Below are positions 49,916-61,860 of a stretch of 64,000 bases of DNA, in pieces (the first letter of the stretch is position 1; every line of letters begins with the position of its first letter). The DNA is from Yuukianura sp. NJ FZ-2021 (taxonomy: Eukaryota), in the NCBI GenBank assembly GCA_046563655.1, contig CM102285.1:992001-1056000 (forward strand). The letters run 5' to 3'. A program made the position numbers and the translations under genes. Below the pieces are notes generated by a model that did not search any database, was not told where the DNA came from, and saw nothing but the letters and a program-made list of their open reading frames with translations.

Positions 49916-50698
49916 AACAAGTTTACAACAAATCAAGAGAAAAATCTACATTGTACAGTGCATGCGATTAATTAATTGAATAGTTATGCAATTAATTTTT
50001 GTTATATTAATTAAATTAGTTGGATTTTATTTAAATGTAAAAAGAAATAGTGTTAATTAATAACAATGAACAAACTGTAAATATGACTCATTAAATGCAG
50101 TTGTTTTAAAGGTGAGCTGAGCATTATCGAGTTAGTGGTTTCTGGATTTCGTATTTTTCCGATGTTTCCGATATGTCTGAGGAGTAGTGGGGTGCATCTC
50201 CCTTTGTACTGGGTTGAATTAAGGCTTAACGAGAGAAATGTCGACTCACGGTGTAGCCACTCAGACGATCTTGTGTGGCTACACCTCTGTGGCAACATTT
50301 GTAGCTGCTCTAATCTGACAAAAGCTAACGTGCTAACACAAGTTAGGTACATAGTAGCCACCCATTGGCCCATTGCAATGGCAAAGTGGCTACACTTTGG
50401 GGCATAGGTTTATACTCGTTAAACCTTACTCCAACCCAAACCTACACAAAAGGATTAACTGCTTCGCTCGGGCAACTTGATTTTCAGTTGAAATCGAAAT
50501 TTGGACGTCAGTTCTCACCAAATTTTTTTTCGGTTTGCGATATTTTTTCGGTAAATGAGTTTTACTTTTTTGAGACCTCTAGAACAGTGTAGGTCTTTTG
50601 TATTACGTAATCAAATCAGCTGGTCAAACATCGTCGATTGTTCGTTCAAGAGGAACTTTTACTGTATTCTAAGTCGTTCGTTGTCTACAACTGTCGCT

Positions 50699-53177
50699 AT
50701 GGGTGTTGAAGTCGATACTACTGATACTTCGTCCAGTGGATCAACTGGTGGTGGTGGACATAACCCTTCCTCACCTGCTCCACCTCTTGCAAACGTTTTA
50801 CCAACTGGTTAGTTAACTTAGTATAAAGCAGTTAAACGTCACAAGGTCACGACCTTAAATTGCATTTTTCTTGTCTTAGGTCAATGGAAGCCACAGGGCT
50901 TTAACGAACTGGCATCTCTCCGAGAGTCGTTCTACGCCGACAAGAAGAATGTCTTGTCTCTTCATGCCTGTTCACGAATGGATCCACTGGATGTCTGTCT
51001 GTCTAGATCTGGACTGGAGGATGCTTCGCATGCCTTTGCTCATAAGGTCAAAATCAAGGGGAAGGGGGATTTAACACAGTGGATATCTGTTACCGAAACC
51101 TCAGTAATGGGGGGAGGGGGTCTACCCGCTATTCCAAAAAGTGTTGTACCCCGAACAAAAAAATTGGTTCCCCCAAGAAAACGAACAGATTGTGATTCCT
51201 GTTTTTATCGCAAAACCAGAGAGGTAAAGAATGGCTATCGTAATGGAAAATTCGCCTGAACAACGCAAAATTCACAAAAAAACAGACGTTCGCGAGATTT
51301 GCCGATAAATTGATTGGTTTAATTTTACTATATTTTATGCCGGGCCCGCCTGGAGGAGGGGGGGTCTGACTTGGGTGGGTATTAAATACATTAAGACCAT
51401 AGCGGGTTTCGGTGACTGGTGGAAGTTAACAAAAAACCTTTTAATACTTTAATTCTTTAATTCAGTTGGAGGAGGTCAAGCCAATGACGAACCAAAAATC
51501 ATCTGGACGATGCTGGATCTTTGCTTTTCTGAACACCATAAGAATTCCGTTTATGAAACATCACAACTTGGAAAGCTTTGAGTTTAGCCAGTCGTTTCTC
51601 TTCTTCTACGACAAAGTGGAACGATGCAACTACTTTCTCAACACGATCGTCGAAACGGCTAAGAGAGGAGAACCAGTTGGTAATGTCACTTATACAGCAA
51701 CTAAAAAAATCTTTATAAGCTAACTGCTTCGAATCAATTAACAACTAATAAATTCATGTTTCTTTTTAGGCGGTCAGCTGATGTCGTTCTTACTTGGAGT
51801 AAGGAATAATCTTAGCTAAAATCCTACCTAAAGGTTATATATAAAAAGTGAACTTTTTACAGAGTCCGATTTCTGATGGAGGTCAATGGGACATGGCTGT
51901 CAATCTTGTACGGAAGTACGGTTTGATGCCAAAACAGAACTTTCCTGAGTCTTTCAGCTCCGAGTCCAGTCATCGGTTGAATGCCATTCTCAAGAGCAAG
52001 GTACATCACAACATCTCAAGAAATATTTGGTTAGAAACATGATTAATCATGACATTTGTGCTGTCTTTTGTAGCTACGAGAATATACGAAGCAGATTCGA
52101 GACTCCGTGGCCAAAGGTGACAGTGATGCAGCTATTCAGGCTCTTCTGAAGTTGCAAATGAGTGAAATCTTTCGTGTTGTGTCCATTTGTCTTGGAATTC
52201 CAAAAGACACTTTCACTTGGGAGTTTTATGATAAATCAAAGGCCTATAAAAAGATTGGCCCGATTACTCCGGTCCAGTTTTATGAAGAGCAAGTGAAGCC
52301 AGTCTTCAACCTCGACAATAAGGTAAGGCAATCAGCCGATAGCTAGAGATATCTATATCGAAGCTATCGTAAATAAAAACTATGGAAAGGTATCTTCTAA
52401 CATTGCATTATCTTTTGTTACAGGTATGCCTCGTGCATGACCCTCGCCCCAATCACTCCTATTCACGAGCCTACTCTGTAGAGTTCTTGGGCAATGTCGT
52501 TGGAGGTCAACCGACCATTTACAATAACCAACCAATTGATCTTCTCCTTCGCCTGACTGCCCAGTCCATCAAGGCCGGAGATCCAGTGTGGTTTGGGTGT
52601 GAAGTGGCCAAACGGTTTGCAGCTAAACAAGGTCTCGAAGACATTCGGATGTAAGTTAATAACTATTTTAATTAAACTGCAGTTAACTAATTGTAGCTAA
52701 TTAATTTCTGTTGGTAGTCACGATTTCCACTCGGTCTTTGGAGTGGACGTGGGTGTCGGACTCAACAAGGCGGATCGACTCAATTACGGTGATTCTGCCA
52801 TGACACACGCAATGATCTTCACCGCAGTATCCTTCGAGGTGAGCACATAACCTTAAGTTTAACGTTAAGCTTCATCTTGACCTTGACATTTTTGTCGTCG
52901 ATTAACCTTAACCTTGTTCTCACGAATTAACTATAATCTTATGTTGATTCAGGATGACAAGGAAGAAGTGACGAAACTCCGAGTGGAGAACTCGTGGGGC
53001 GAGGACCGGGGAGAGAAAGGATTTCTGTTGATGACAGCCGAGTGGTTTCGTGAATTCGTTTTTGAAGTGGTGGTGGATCGTTCGTTGGTTTCCGATGAAG
53101 TATTGAGTGTCTTCAAGCAAGAACCAGTTCTACTTCCAGCCTGGGATCCGCTCGGAGCTCTTGCCCAATGTCAATGA
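50699..53177 (+). CDS. BLMH: Bleomycin hydrolase (peptidase C1B), multi-exon
   Basis: NQKSSGRCWIFA (catalytic Cys), FEFSQS, DGGQWDM, PVWFGC, MTHAM (His), RVENSWG (Asn), C-terminal LPAWDPLGALA. Confidence 0.96.
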
Positions 53178-53769
53178 AAAATGAACATGTCATGTTGGAA
53201 CGACTGGGAAACGTTTTGGATCGTAACGATTAACATTATACTTTGAAAATTATTAGGTCCTCGTCCTGAATTCACTGGATTTAATATGTCGGTCAAAATT
53301 ATTTTGGATTTCCAAATGTTGCTTTAGTAAATAGTCTGCGTTCCATTTTGTTTAATTGTAATTACGCAGTAATTAACCCAATTATTACTGAAGTAATTGT
53401 CCTTTTGATGTTATTTTGGAAAGTGGAAGTGGACTTTGTACCTTATTCGGATGAGAAAGGGATCAAAGTCCAGAATCCACTTTCTCTTATCTATTTTAGC
53501 ACTTTGGCAAAGTGGATGTGTCTTGTGACTTGAGAATTTGTGTAGCAAGTGGACACGTCGAAGGCGGGGGTTGGCTAGGCTCAAACCAACAAAATACCAA
53601 AACAGAAACAACTTTGACAGACTTGGATTAGGTTAAGAAAGACTGCCGATTACTCAAGTCACAATTAAATTAACTCAAGCCTATTATCAAGTTAGATTGC
53701 TCTCTTGTCTTTCCATTACACTTCTTCTTCCCTCCATCAATCGTTTTCCAGACGTTGAACTGAAAAATC

Positions 53770-55945
53770 ATGGCGGCCTTCCGATCCATCCAAGTAAGAA
53801 TGTTTTTAAATTTTTTCTAGATGAATTGTCCTTACGAATTTTCATAAATCGTTTGCTGTGTCCAGGTATTGGGAACATGTCAACAACTGTTGCATCAACA
53901 GCTGTCCAGATCCGGACCAAGGTTACTGTCCACTTCCTCAGCAGTTTTGAGCGACAAAGGATATCATTTTGGTGAGTGACCTTGAGGCCAATGCATGAAC
54001 CACGATACTACCAATGTGTCTGTCCGTTATCCGGCTACCGAAACCAATGACTGTAAACTATGATTTTTGTTCTTTTTAGAGTTGACTGACACTCAAAAGG
54101 AGCTTCAGCAGTTGGCTCGGAAATTTGCCAAGGACGAAATCATTCCGAAGGCAGCCGAGTTGGATAAAACTGGAGCTTATCCATGGGACATCATGAAAAA
54201 AGCCTGGGAACTTGGTTTGCTTAATCTTTTCGTCCCAGAAAAATTCGGTACACACTTTACTTTATTTTCATTTTGTAAAGTCGATTACTCTGATTACTAA
54301 GATGTTTTACTTAGTACTTGGACAATGTATTCAATAGGTGGTCCTGGAATGAGCTGTTTGGATGGTGTCATTACTGGGGAAGAAATTGCTTACGGTTGCA
54401 CTGGAGTCCTAACCGCCATCACTACTTCTGCACTTGCCGCCGGTCCGTTACTGATCGGAGGAAGCGATGAGCAGAAGAAGCAATACTTGGGTAGACTAAT
54501 CGCTGAGCCAATCATTGCTGTAAGTTCATCTATGCTAAACGTTCTTTACCGATTACCGATTCGTTTTTAACTAGAGAAATCCAACTGGATTACGATTAGT
54601 AATCAAGGTAACTTTCTTGTTTTTAGTCTTACTGTGTGACGGAGCCTGGTGCTGGTTCGGATGTGGCTGGACTCAAAACAACTGCTGTGAAGAAGGGTGA
54701 CGAATACGTCATCAATGGACAGGTAAATCATAATAATATTTTATGCAATTAAACATTTTTATTTTTATTATAATAGTAATAATAATAATAAAGATTTACT
54801 TTTCCTTAGAAAATGTGGATCACGAGTGCTGGTGTGGCTAGTTGGTTCGTGGTTTTAGGTAACTTATGTTGGATTATCTCAATCTAATTTCAGCCAATCA
54901 AAATTTAGTTATAAAACGTCGATTACTTTTCGTTTCTAGCCAGGACAGATCCAGATCCAAAAGCAAACACCAACAAGGCTTTCACATTTTTCATTTTGGA
55001 TGCGAAAACACCCGGAATTACCCTCGGAAGGAAGGTAAATTACTATTAGTGGCGTCATTTAATGTTAAATTCGATTTCAATCTGAAGTAATTGATTCAAC
55101 TAGTAATTGAATTGATGCTGTTGTAGGAAATCAACATGGGACAGCGATGTTCAGATACGAGAGGAATAACGTTTGAAGATGTCGTGGTCAAGAAGGAAAA
55201 CATCCTGGCTGGAGTTGGTCAAGGTTTCAAGTTGGCCATGGGTGCTTTTGACTTCACAAGGCCAGGGGTACGGGTCAACAATTTTTGTTAATTGACAATC
55301 TTAATTAACTAAAAATTAGCAATTAACTTTTGCACTTTCATGGTAAAGGTAGCAGCAGGGGCGGTTGGATTGGCTCGCAGAGCTCTGGAGGAAGCTACTA
55401 AGTACGCAATGGAACGAAAAACATTTGGAACGCCAATTATTAATCACCAGGTCAGTTTCATTTGCCTCAAATAAAGTAATTTAAATACATCAATTAATAC
55501 ATTAATATATAAATTGTGAATAACTTTTTGAAATGTGTTTTAGGCTGTGTCCCACATGTTGGCAGAAGCTTGTGTCGGAGTAGAAGTGTCTCGGTTGATC
55601 ACGTACCGTTCTGCATGGGAGTTGGACAATGGACGACGAAATACTTATTATGCTTCCATTGCCAAAGCAATTGCTGGAGAATCTGCTAATAAAATTGCTT
55701 CAGATGCTGTTCAGGTGAAAACCAAATACTGAAATCCGGTTTTTCAGAATTGTCAAAATCTGAAACTAAAAAATGTCTTTTTCATTTTTCAGATTTTTGG
55801 TGGAAATGGATTCAACACGGAGTATCCCGTTGAGAAGTTGATGCGAGACGCCAAAATCTTCCAAATCTACGAAGGAACGACACAGATTCAGAAGATGGTG
55901 ATCACACGTGAATTCGTTGGACGATTCAAGGAGATGATGGTCTAA
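53770..55945 (+). CDS. ACADM: Medium-chain acyl-CoA dehydrogenase, mitochondrial, multi-exon
   Basis: [98 protein letters not shown] (MCAD-position catalytic Glu). Confidence 0.95.
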
Positions 55946-56677
55946 CATCACATCTTGAGTAGACTAAATTCATTACCTAAAAAGTTACATTATTTTACTG
56001 AACCGAAGTTAACACTCATCTTGAAAAAAAAAAACATTTCTGAGGAAAGGTTGTATGTTCATTATTTTTTACAAGTTGCAAAATTTTCCAAATTTCGCAA
56101 CTAATACTGCACATGCTGCGTCAGCATCAGATTAGCTGTGACAATGACACCATTTCTCAAAATAACTCCAAGAACTTAATCCTTCCAGGGCCAATTGCAG
56201 ACTTTCTTAAGAACAAAATCCTCAAACATAAGCAGATTAGTATTGTCATACTTCGCGGTTGAAGTGAACAGAACTGTACTATTGTAACCACTCAAATATT
56301 CAATGGATACACATGAACGTGATTGTTGTAATCATTTCACCAATACATAACAATTGTTGTAAACAAGCAGGTCACCGATACACTATTGTTGAGAAGAGTT
56401 TTACGATACACTACAATTGAATTGCAACTAACACCCTATAAACATTTAGGCACTTTATGCATTGGTTACAATGATTGTAGTTTTGCCTTACTTCAACCAC
56501 TTATGCAACCATGTTTTTCTTGGGTTTTCTGGAAAAGAGGCGCACTAACAGGGATTAGTTGAGAGGCTTAATTTGGGTGTCTTGAATTCAATTGATTGAA
56601 TCCTGAAGCGGAATGTTAAAATCCAAGTGGAAACTGCAGAATTCCGTTAGTTGTGAAGTTGCTACACTGCGAAAATC

Positions 56678-57714
56678 ATGAAATATTGCTTTGTGTTTTT
56701 GTTGTTTGCGTTGACCTTTGGTCAGTCCAAGGTCACAGGTCATCCGTCTCCCGTGGACAAAGTGCAACAGGGGTTACGTGATGTAGTCACCTCTGACGAT
56801 CAATTCGAAAGCAGTAACATTATCAACATTTCAAATACTAGTTAAAAAAGCATTCATTTTACTCTTACTTTAAAAAAAAACTTGTTGATCTTTGTTGCAG
56901 TGCGGACAAAGCGTGCGGTGGATCCAAAATTGAAGGGTAATGCGTAAAAGCTAAAATATTTGATTCTGTGTTTGAATAGATTTTTTTTAAACCTTATAGT
57001 TTTAAAATGCTGTTAAAAATTTCCACAAACTTATTAAAATTTTTGTACATTTCAGCTTACCGTGATCAACTGTTTCATAATCTGGACACCCATCGGGCAC
57101 AGAAAGACTTGACAGAATTTGTAGTAGATCCAACGGTAACCAACTTTAAAAAAAAACTTATAACTTTTATATATAAGAAAATGTAATAGAATAAAATTAC
57201 AAATTCATTCTTGGTAGTTGGAGCGTGGTGCGCAAGCTTGGGCACTCGAGTTGGCTTCTGAATTTAACATGTCAACGAGCTGCATTCAGTGTAACGATTA
57301 CTCCGAAATCATCGGTAAGTTAAGCTACAAATTACTTCGGCATACTGAATTGACGTATGTACATCCTTAATTGTAACAAGCATGCTTATCACGCTTGCTG
57401 TGGCCTCGCCCAGGGCCAGTCCATTCTTCCTAATTTTTTTTACACAGTTTGAATATACTTATTTAAAATGTATGAAATATTTAATATAAGGTTCACGATG
57501 GTCTTCTCATGCCATTGCTGATGGAGCTGAGGCTGGAGATTGGGTGTTTGAGAAGCTGTTTACTGAGGACGAGGAAAACACTTACGACGTGATCATCAGT
57601 GACCCAGACAACCATGCAGTTGGATTTGGAATTTCATTTGCGCAGAATCCAGAAGACTGGACCTACCACGCATACGCAGTGCTCAGATTCGCAAAAGCAC
57701 CACACCTCCGCTAA
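56678..57714 (+). CDS. Small secreted CAP/SCP-like protein (5 exons; absent from ORF track)
   Basis: Phase-consistent splicing gives MKYCFVFLLFALTFGQSKVTG...MRTKRAVDPKLKAYRDQLFHNLDTHRAQKDLTEFVVDPTLERGAQAWALELASEF...SEIIG...DVIISDPDNHAVGFGISFAQNPEDWTYHAYAVLRFAKAPHLR*. HR..(K)L...D..L...AQ.WA and VG.G patterns fit a CAP fold. Confidence 0.65.
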
Positions 57715-57849
57715 AAAGTACTCCATTTATTGCTCCATTTAATCAGTTGCACTTACTATACAAGATTTAAAAGTTTAAGCAAAATGTAAACGTTTAGAAC
57801 ATTAGTTTTAATAAAAATTTGTTAAGTATTCTATTTGATTAGACACGTT

Positions 57850-60090
57850 TTATTTACAACATTTACTCTTGCCAATAAATTTACCGAGGTCGTACAGATT
57901 TATTGCTCCGTTTTGCGTGCGAAATTTGTTGCATGGCAGAGGCAATCCAGTCCAGAGAGCCGCGAATGTTCGAAAAAGTTGCAGAATTGACACATTTGTC
58001 AATTTGGTCAGTGAGCACACCCTGGAAAGTGTTACAGAATTTACATATATTATCATTATGGTATAAGTAAAATCGTATTCATGTAGTAATTCATAATATG
58101 TATCAAGCAATAAAATGTATTGATTAGTTAAGTGAAACTTACTTGTAAAAAGTATGTTTCACTATTGAAGGCAATTTTGTCATTGATGAGCGGAAATGCA
58201 AGCCCGCCTCCAACATCCAGTGGGCAGAATCTGTTCGACTCTTTGTCTCCGTACATGACAAAGGCCGTCAAGTTTTCGCTTTCTTCCTTTAACTCTGCAT
58301 CAGAATTATACAGGGTGTACCACCAGAAAGGAAACGCCAAAAATTCGTTGCTATGAGCAACTTAACAAAAACATGTAAACATGGAGGGGAAAACGTACTC
58401 AATAATAACGAGCTTTAAAAAATTCTTTTTTTCTTAATTTCTGCAAGACCCGTTGATCGTTCGATCGGACTTAGCAAGGTCTGGTTCACAGTAAAAAAAT
58501 TTCTACTCAAGGGACTTAGCACGGTCTGGTTCACAGTAAAAAATGTTTAGGTTTTCTTCCTAATATTTGCTACAGTTTCCCCCTCATATTCGATCAAATA
58601 AAGAAATTAGTTTTCGAGCGTTTCCTTGCTGGTGGTACACACTGTACAATGTATAGCGTAAACATGCAAGATTATATTATATTATATTAGAATATAGTCT
58701 AATAATAATATAGATGTAGCTGACCGTTGTCAAATCCAGCAGAAAACTTGTGCCCATGTGCAGAATCGTTAGAGTTGTGCACCTTTAGGCCTCTTTTTGT
58801 GCTCGGATGAGTGGTAAATTTACGACAGCAAAAAGTGTCTGGAAAAGCCTCGCATAAGTATTCCAGGTTTAAATGTTTGGCACACAAATCCTTTATATCA
58901 CTGAACCCTACGAGCTGTAAAATAGATAAATTCAAAATTAACCTAGTCCCAACCTAATACTTAGCCTAATAGACTTGCAGTTAATGTTTACGTACTTCTA
59001 CATATGAGTTTTTCACTGAAGTTGTACTGTTTGAGTTCAAATCAAAACAAATCGGGTGTAGGTAGATTTTTGGATTAACTTTTTCATTTAGCTCCAAAAC
59101 CGCCAAATCTGAATGCCGGTCCACAACAATGGAACCAATCTACATTTAAAAAAATATAGATTTAAATTTTCGAAAAATTAAATGTCAAATTTAAGTAAAC
59201 GCAATTAATTGCTTTTTCTGGTACCGTGAAATGTTGAGCTTCATGGAATTTGTGGATTTCTTCTTTCGAATCTGAATCGATTACAATGAAGCCCATTGCG
59301 ACCTTGAGTGCTGTGGGGGGAATGACCTTCCCCTGGGCGTCAACTACGCATGACCTCGCAGTGACCACCAAGTGACCTCCAGAGGAGTCCTTGATCAGGG
59401 TACCTCCACATGCAAGTTTGAAGGGCCCCTGCGCAGAAGTATTGCGTTTGAATGACTCCTGCGCAGATGAATCCTGCCTCAGGATGGTTGCATGCCACGG
59501 TCTGCTCGTCATTCTAGGATGGGGGACTCCACAAATGTCATTTCCTACCGTCGTGTCCAAGTTTCCAAAAACATTGCATTTGAATGTCTCAAAAGATTCA
59601 AAATCGGTCCACTTTCCAGTTTGGTCGCATTGGATTTTTAGAATTTCATCATCGAGTCTATATCCATTGATTTAAAAAAATTTCAGTGAATTGAAAAATA
59701 AGTGTTAAAATGTGTTTTACAGTTTTGCTGTTTACACAATTACTGTTTACAGTATTGTATGTTTACGCAATTGCTGCCTATAGTATTGCATGTTTAACTT
59801 ACGTTGGAGTGTCGCAAGAGAATTTGGCGGTTGTTCCTACTAGAGCTCTTTTGTTGCAATTGACAGAAGAGTTGCTTGCGGGATGGAAACATTCCAGTTG
59901 CATATGCTTTTGCGACAAAAATTGAACAAAAAAAAAATCTAAATTTCGGAAAAAAAATGCTTCTTGTAAAATTTTAAATGTGTGTTACATCTGGTTTGAA
60001 GAGTGGCTCACATGTTAAAGTTGTTGTAGCTTTTGAGTATACAACAGTCACAACAAAAAGGAAAATTATTCCGGAAAACGTTTTGTCCAT
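57850..60090 (-). CDS. Non-catalytic serine protease homolog with N-terminal Sushi/CCP-like domain
   Basis: Signal MDKTFSGIIFLFVVTVVYS; Cys module ...GTTAKFSC...GYRL...IQCDQTGKW; trypsin-fold motifs ICG...PWHATI, LACGGTLI, VVTARSCV (His lost), DLAVLEL...PICF, FCPLDVGGGLAF (Ser lost). Confidence 0.8.
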
Positions 60091-60313
60091 TTTGGCGCTC
60101 TTTTTTTTGAAATTTTTTCAACCTTGTTTACCCGAAGAAGGTAAAACAATTCAAATTTTACTAAACACGAAGCTTTATTTAAACACTTTTTGGAAATGAC
60201 GTTACATAATTCCTTTGAATCGACGCAAACCAAACAGGTTTTTAATAAAATCAAAACAAATTCCACGTAAACAAACCTGTTGAAATGAATTTGAAATTGA
60301 AGTTTTGTGTTAC

Positions 60314-61512
60314 GTTTAGCGGCGTGTCGAGTCCGTTGACGTCCACTTTGCAATCGGCGGCCAATTTGTACATGAAATCCTTCAGTGTTTGATACAAATT
60401 TTTCTTGATTTGGAGTCCCACTTGCATGTCTAATGTATAAAATATTTTTTAACCATTTCAAAATTTTCAAAATTTCAAAAAATTCAATCTTTTTGAAAAA
60501 CATACTGGACATGTCCAACTCAAAAGTGATTTGTGATCCTGCCAAGTTTTCAGGTCCAGTATAAACTCCAAATAAAAGTCGTTCTTTGAGGTGAAGTGTA
60601 AAATTATCCGCAAATTTCATCAGTCCCCAAATTTTAGTCTGTCTAACATCCTCTAAAGCTTGAGCTTCATGATCATACGGAACCTGCATTTTCAAAATTT
60701 CGAAAACTCAAAATTTTAAAAACTCAACACTTTCAAAAAAGTTAAAATTTCTCCCAAGTTAACTCACCAAAGTGAAAACATTTCGATTCAATTCTTCAAT
60801 GAATTGACAACTGGCATAGCCCGAGTATTTTGCAGCGGAGCCCATGATGCATCCCTGTTTTGGCGCCATTTTTAAACATTCTGATTGGTCCACTTCGTTG
60901 TTCAAAACTCCAAGTTTGATGTCATGCGGGTCTATGCCAATAGCTAAGCATACGAGCACAATTTGTAACGCGGGAAGTCCAATTATAAACAGCACAAATC
61001 TAATTTTTTTCAAAAAAAAAGTTCGAAATTTTGAATTAAAAAAAATTCTGAAAAGCTTACACGATGTTTCTGATAAGAACCAAAACATTTTTGTTCAACA
61101 AAGCATAAATCCGGTTCAATTTTTCCCGCATTTGAATTTTCAAACTGTAGTTTTTCGCGGTCGGTTGATCAGCTGATGCTCTGTGCAGAATTTGACCAAT
61201 GCTTAGCTTTTTCTTGACGGGTGACGTTTTGACGTCACCGTCAACGTCAGGAGCTGACGTCATGTCAGGTCCATCCAAAAGATCCAGTGATGGACCAATC
61301 AGGCGATTGGATTCGACGCTGACAATGGTCACTGATGATCGCAAACTTGCGTCTGCGCTGACCGGTTCACCGTGTTCTGCGTGTTCGTCATTTGAATTGT
61401 CCCGTAAGCAGAGTTGCACAACAATTTCCTCCAAAATGTAAGTGTTGAAGCGATTCATCAAATTTGTTGGCGAGTCCTCTGCCAACAACTTTCCATTTCG
61501 CATTAAACCAAT
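60314..61512 (-). pseudogene. Internal four-exon fragment of an ABCH-type (ABCG23-like) half transporter
   Basis: IGLMRNGKLLAEDSP...LEEIVVQLC, ALLNKNVLVLIRN, LPALQIVLVCLAIGIDP...LGVLNNE, WGLMKFADNFT, LDMSNMQVG. No Walker-motif exons and no C-terminal multi-TM exons are visible in the window. Confidence 0.72.
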
Positions 61513-61860
61513 CTTATGCTTATATATATATATAGTATGCTTTTGATCCTAATGGAGAACGCTCGTACATTTTTTCCGAGGGCGTTACTGATATTGATTG
61601 TATCATTGTTTGGAATTTACAGACTAATACGTACGACACATTCCACGTCAAGCATAAAAAATTTGTACCCCCGAAAACAAGTATCTGTACAGTTCTCCTC
61701 AAAGCAAAGATCATTCAAGGCTACTACAAGAAAGACTATTTTTACATAACGCAATCATGTGAATACAGCGAGTTGAACCCACAACTTCTTGTTCATGTTT
61801 CATCAAGTTCAGTATTAGGTTGGATAGTAGCTCAGTTTGTCACTGGCGATTTAGTTATTT

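Noticed and set aside
51070-51430. Possible small transposon in a bleomycin hydrolase intron (GTTACCGAAACC / GGTTTCGGTGAC)
   Set aside because: The inverted match is short and internal, and termini and TSD could not be defined with confidence.
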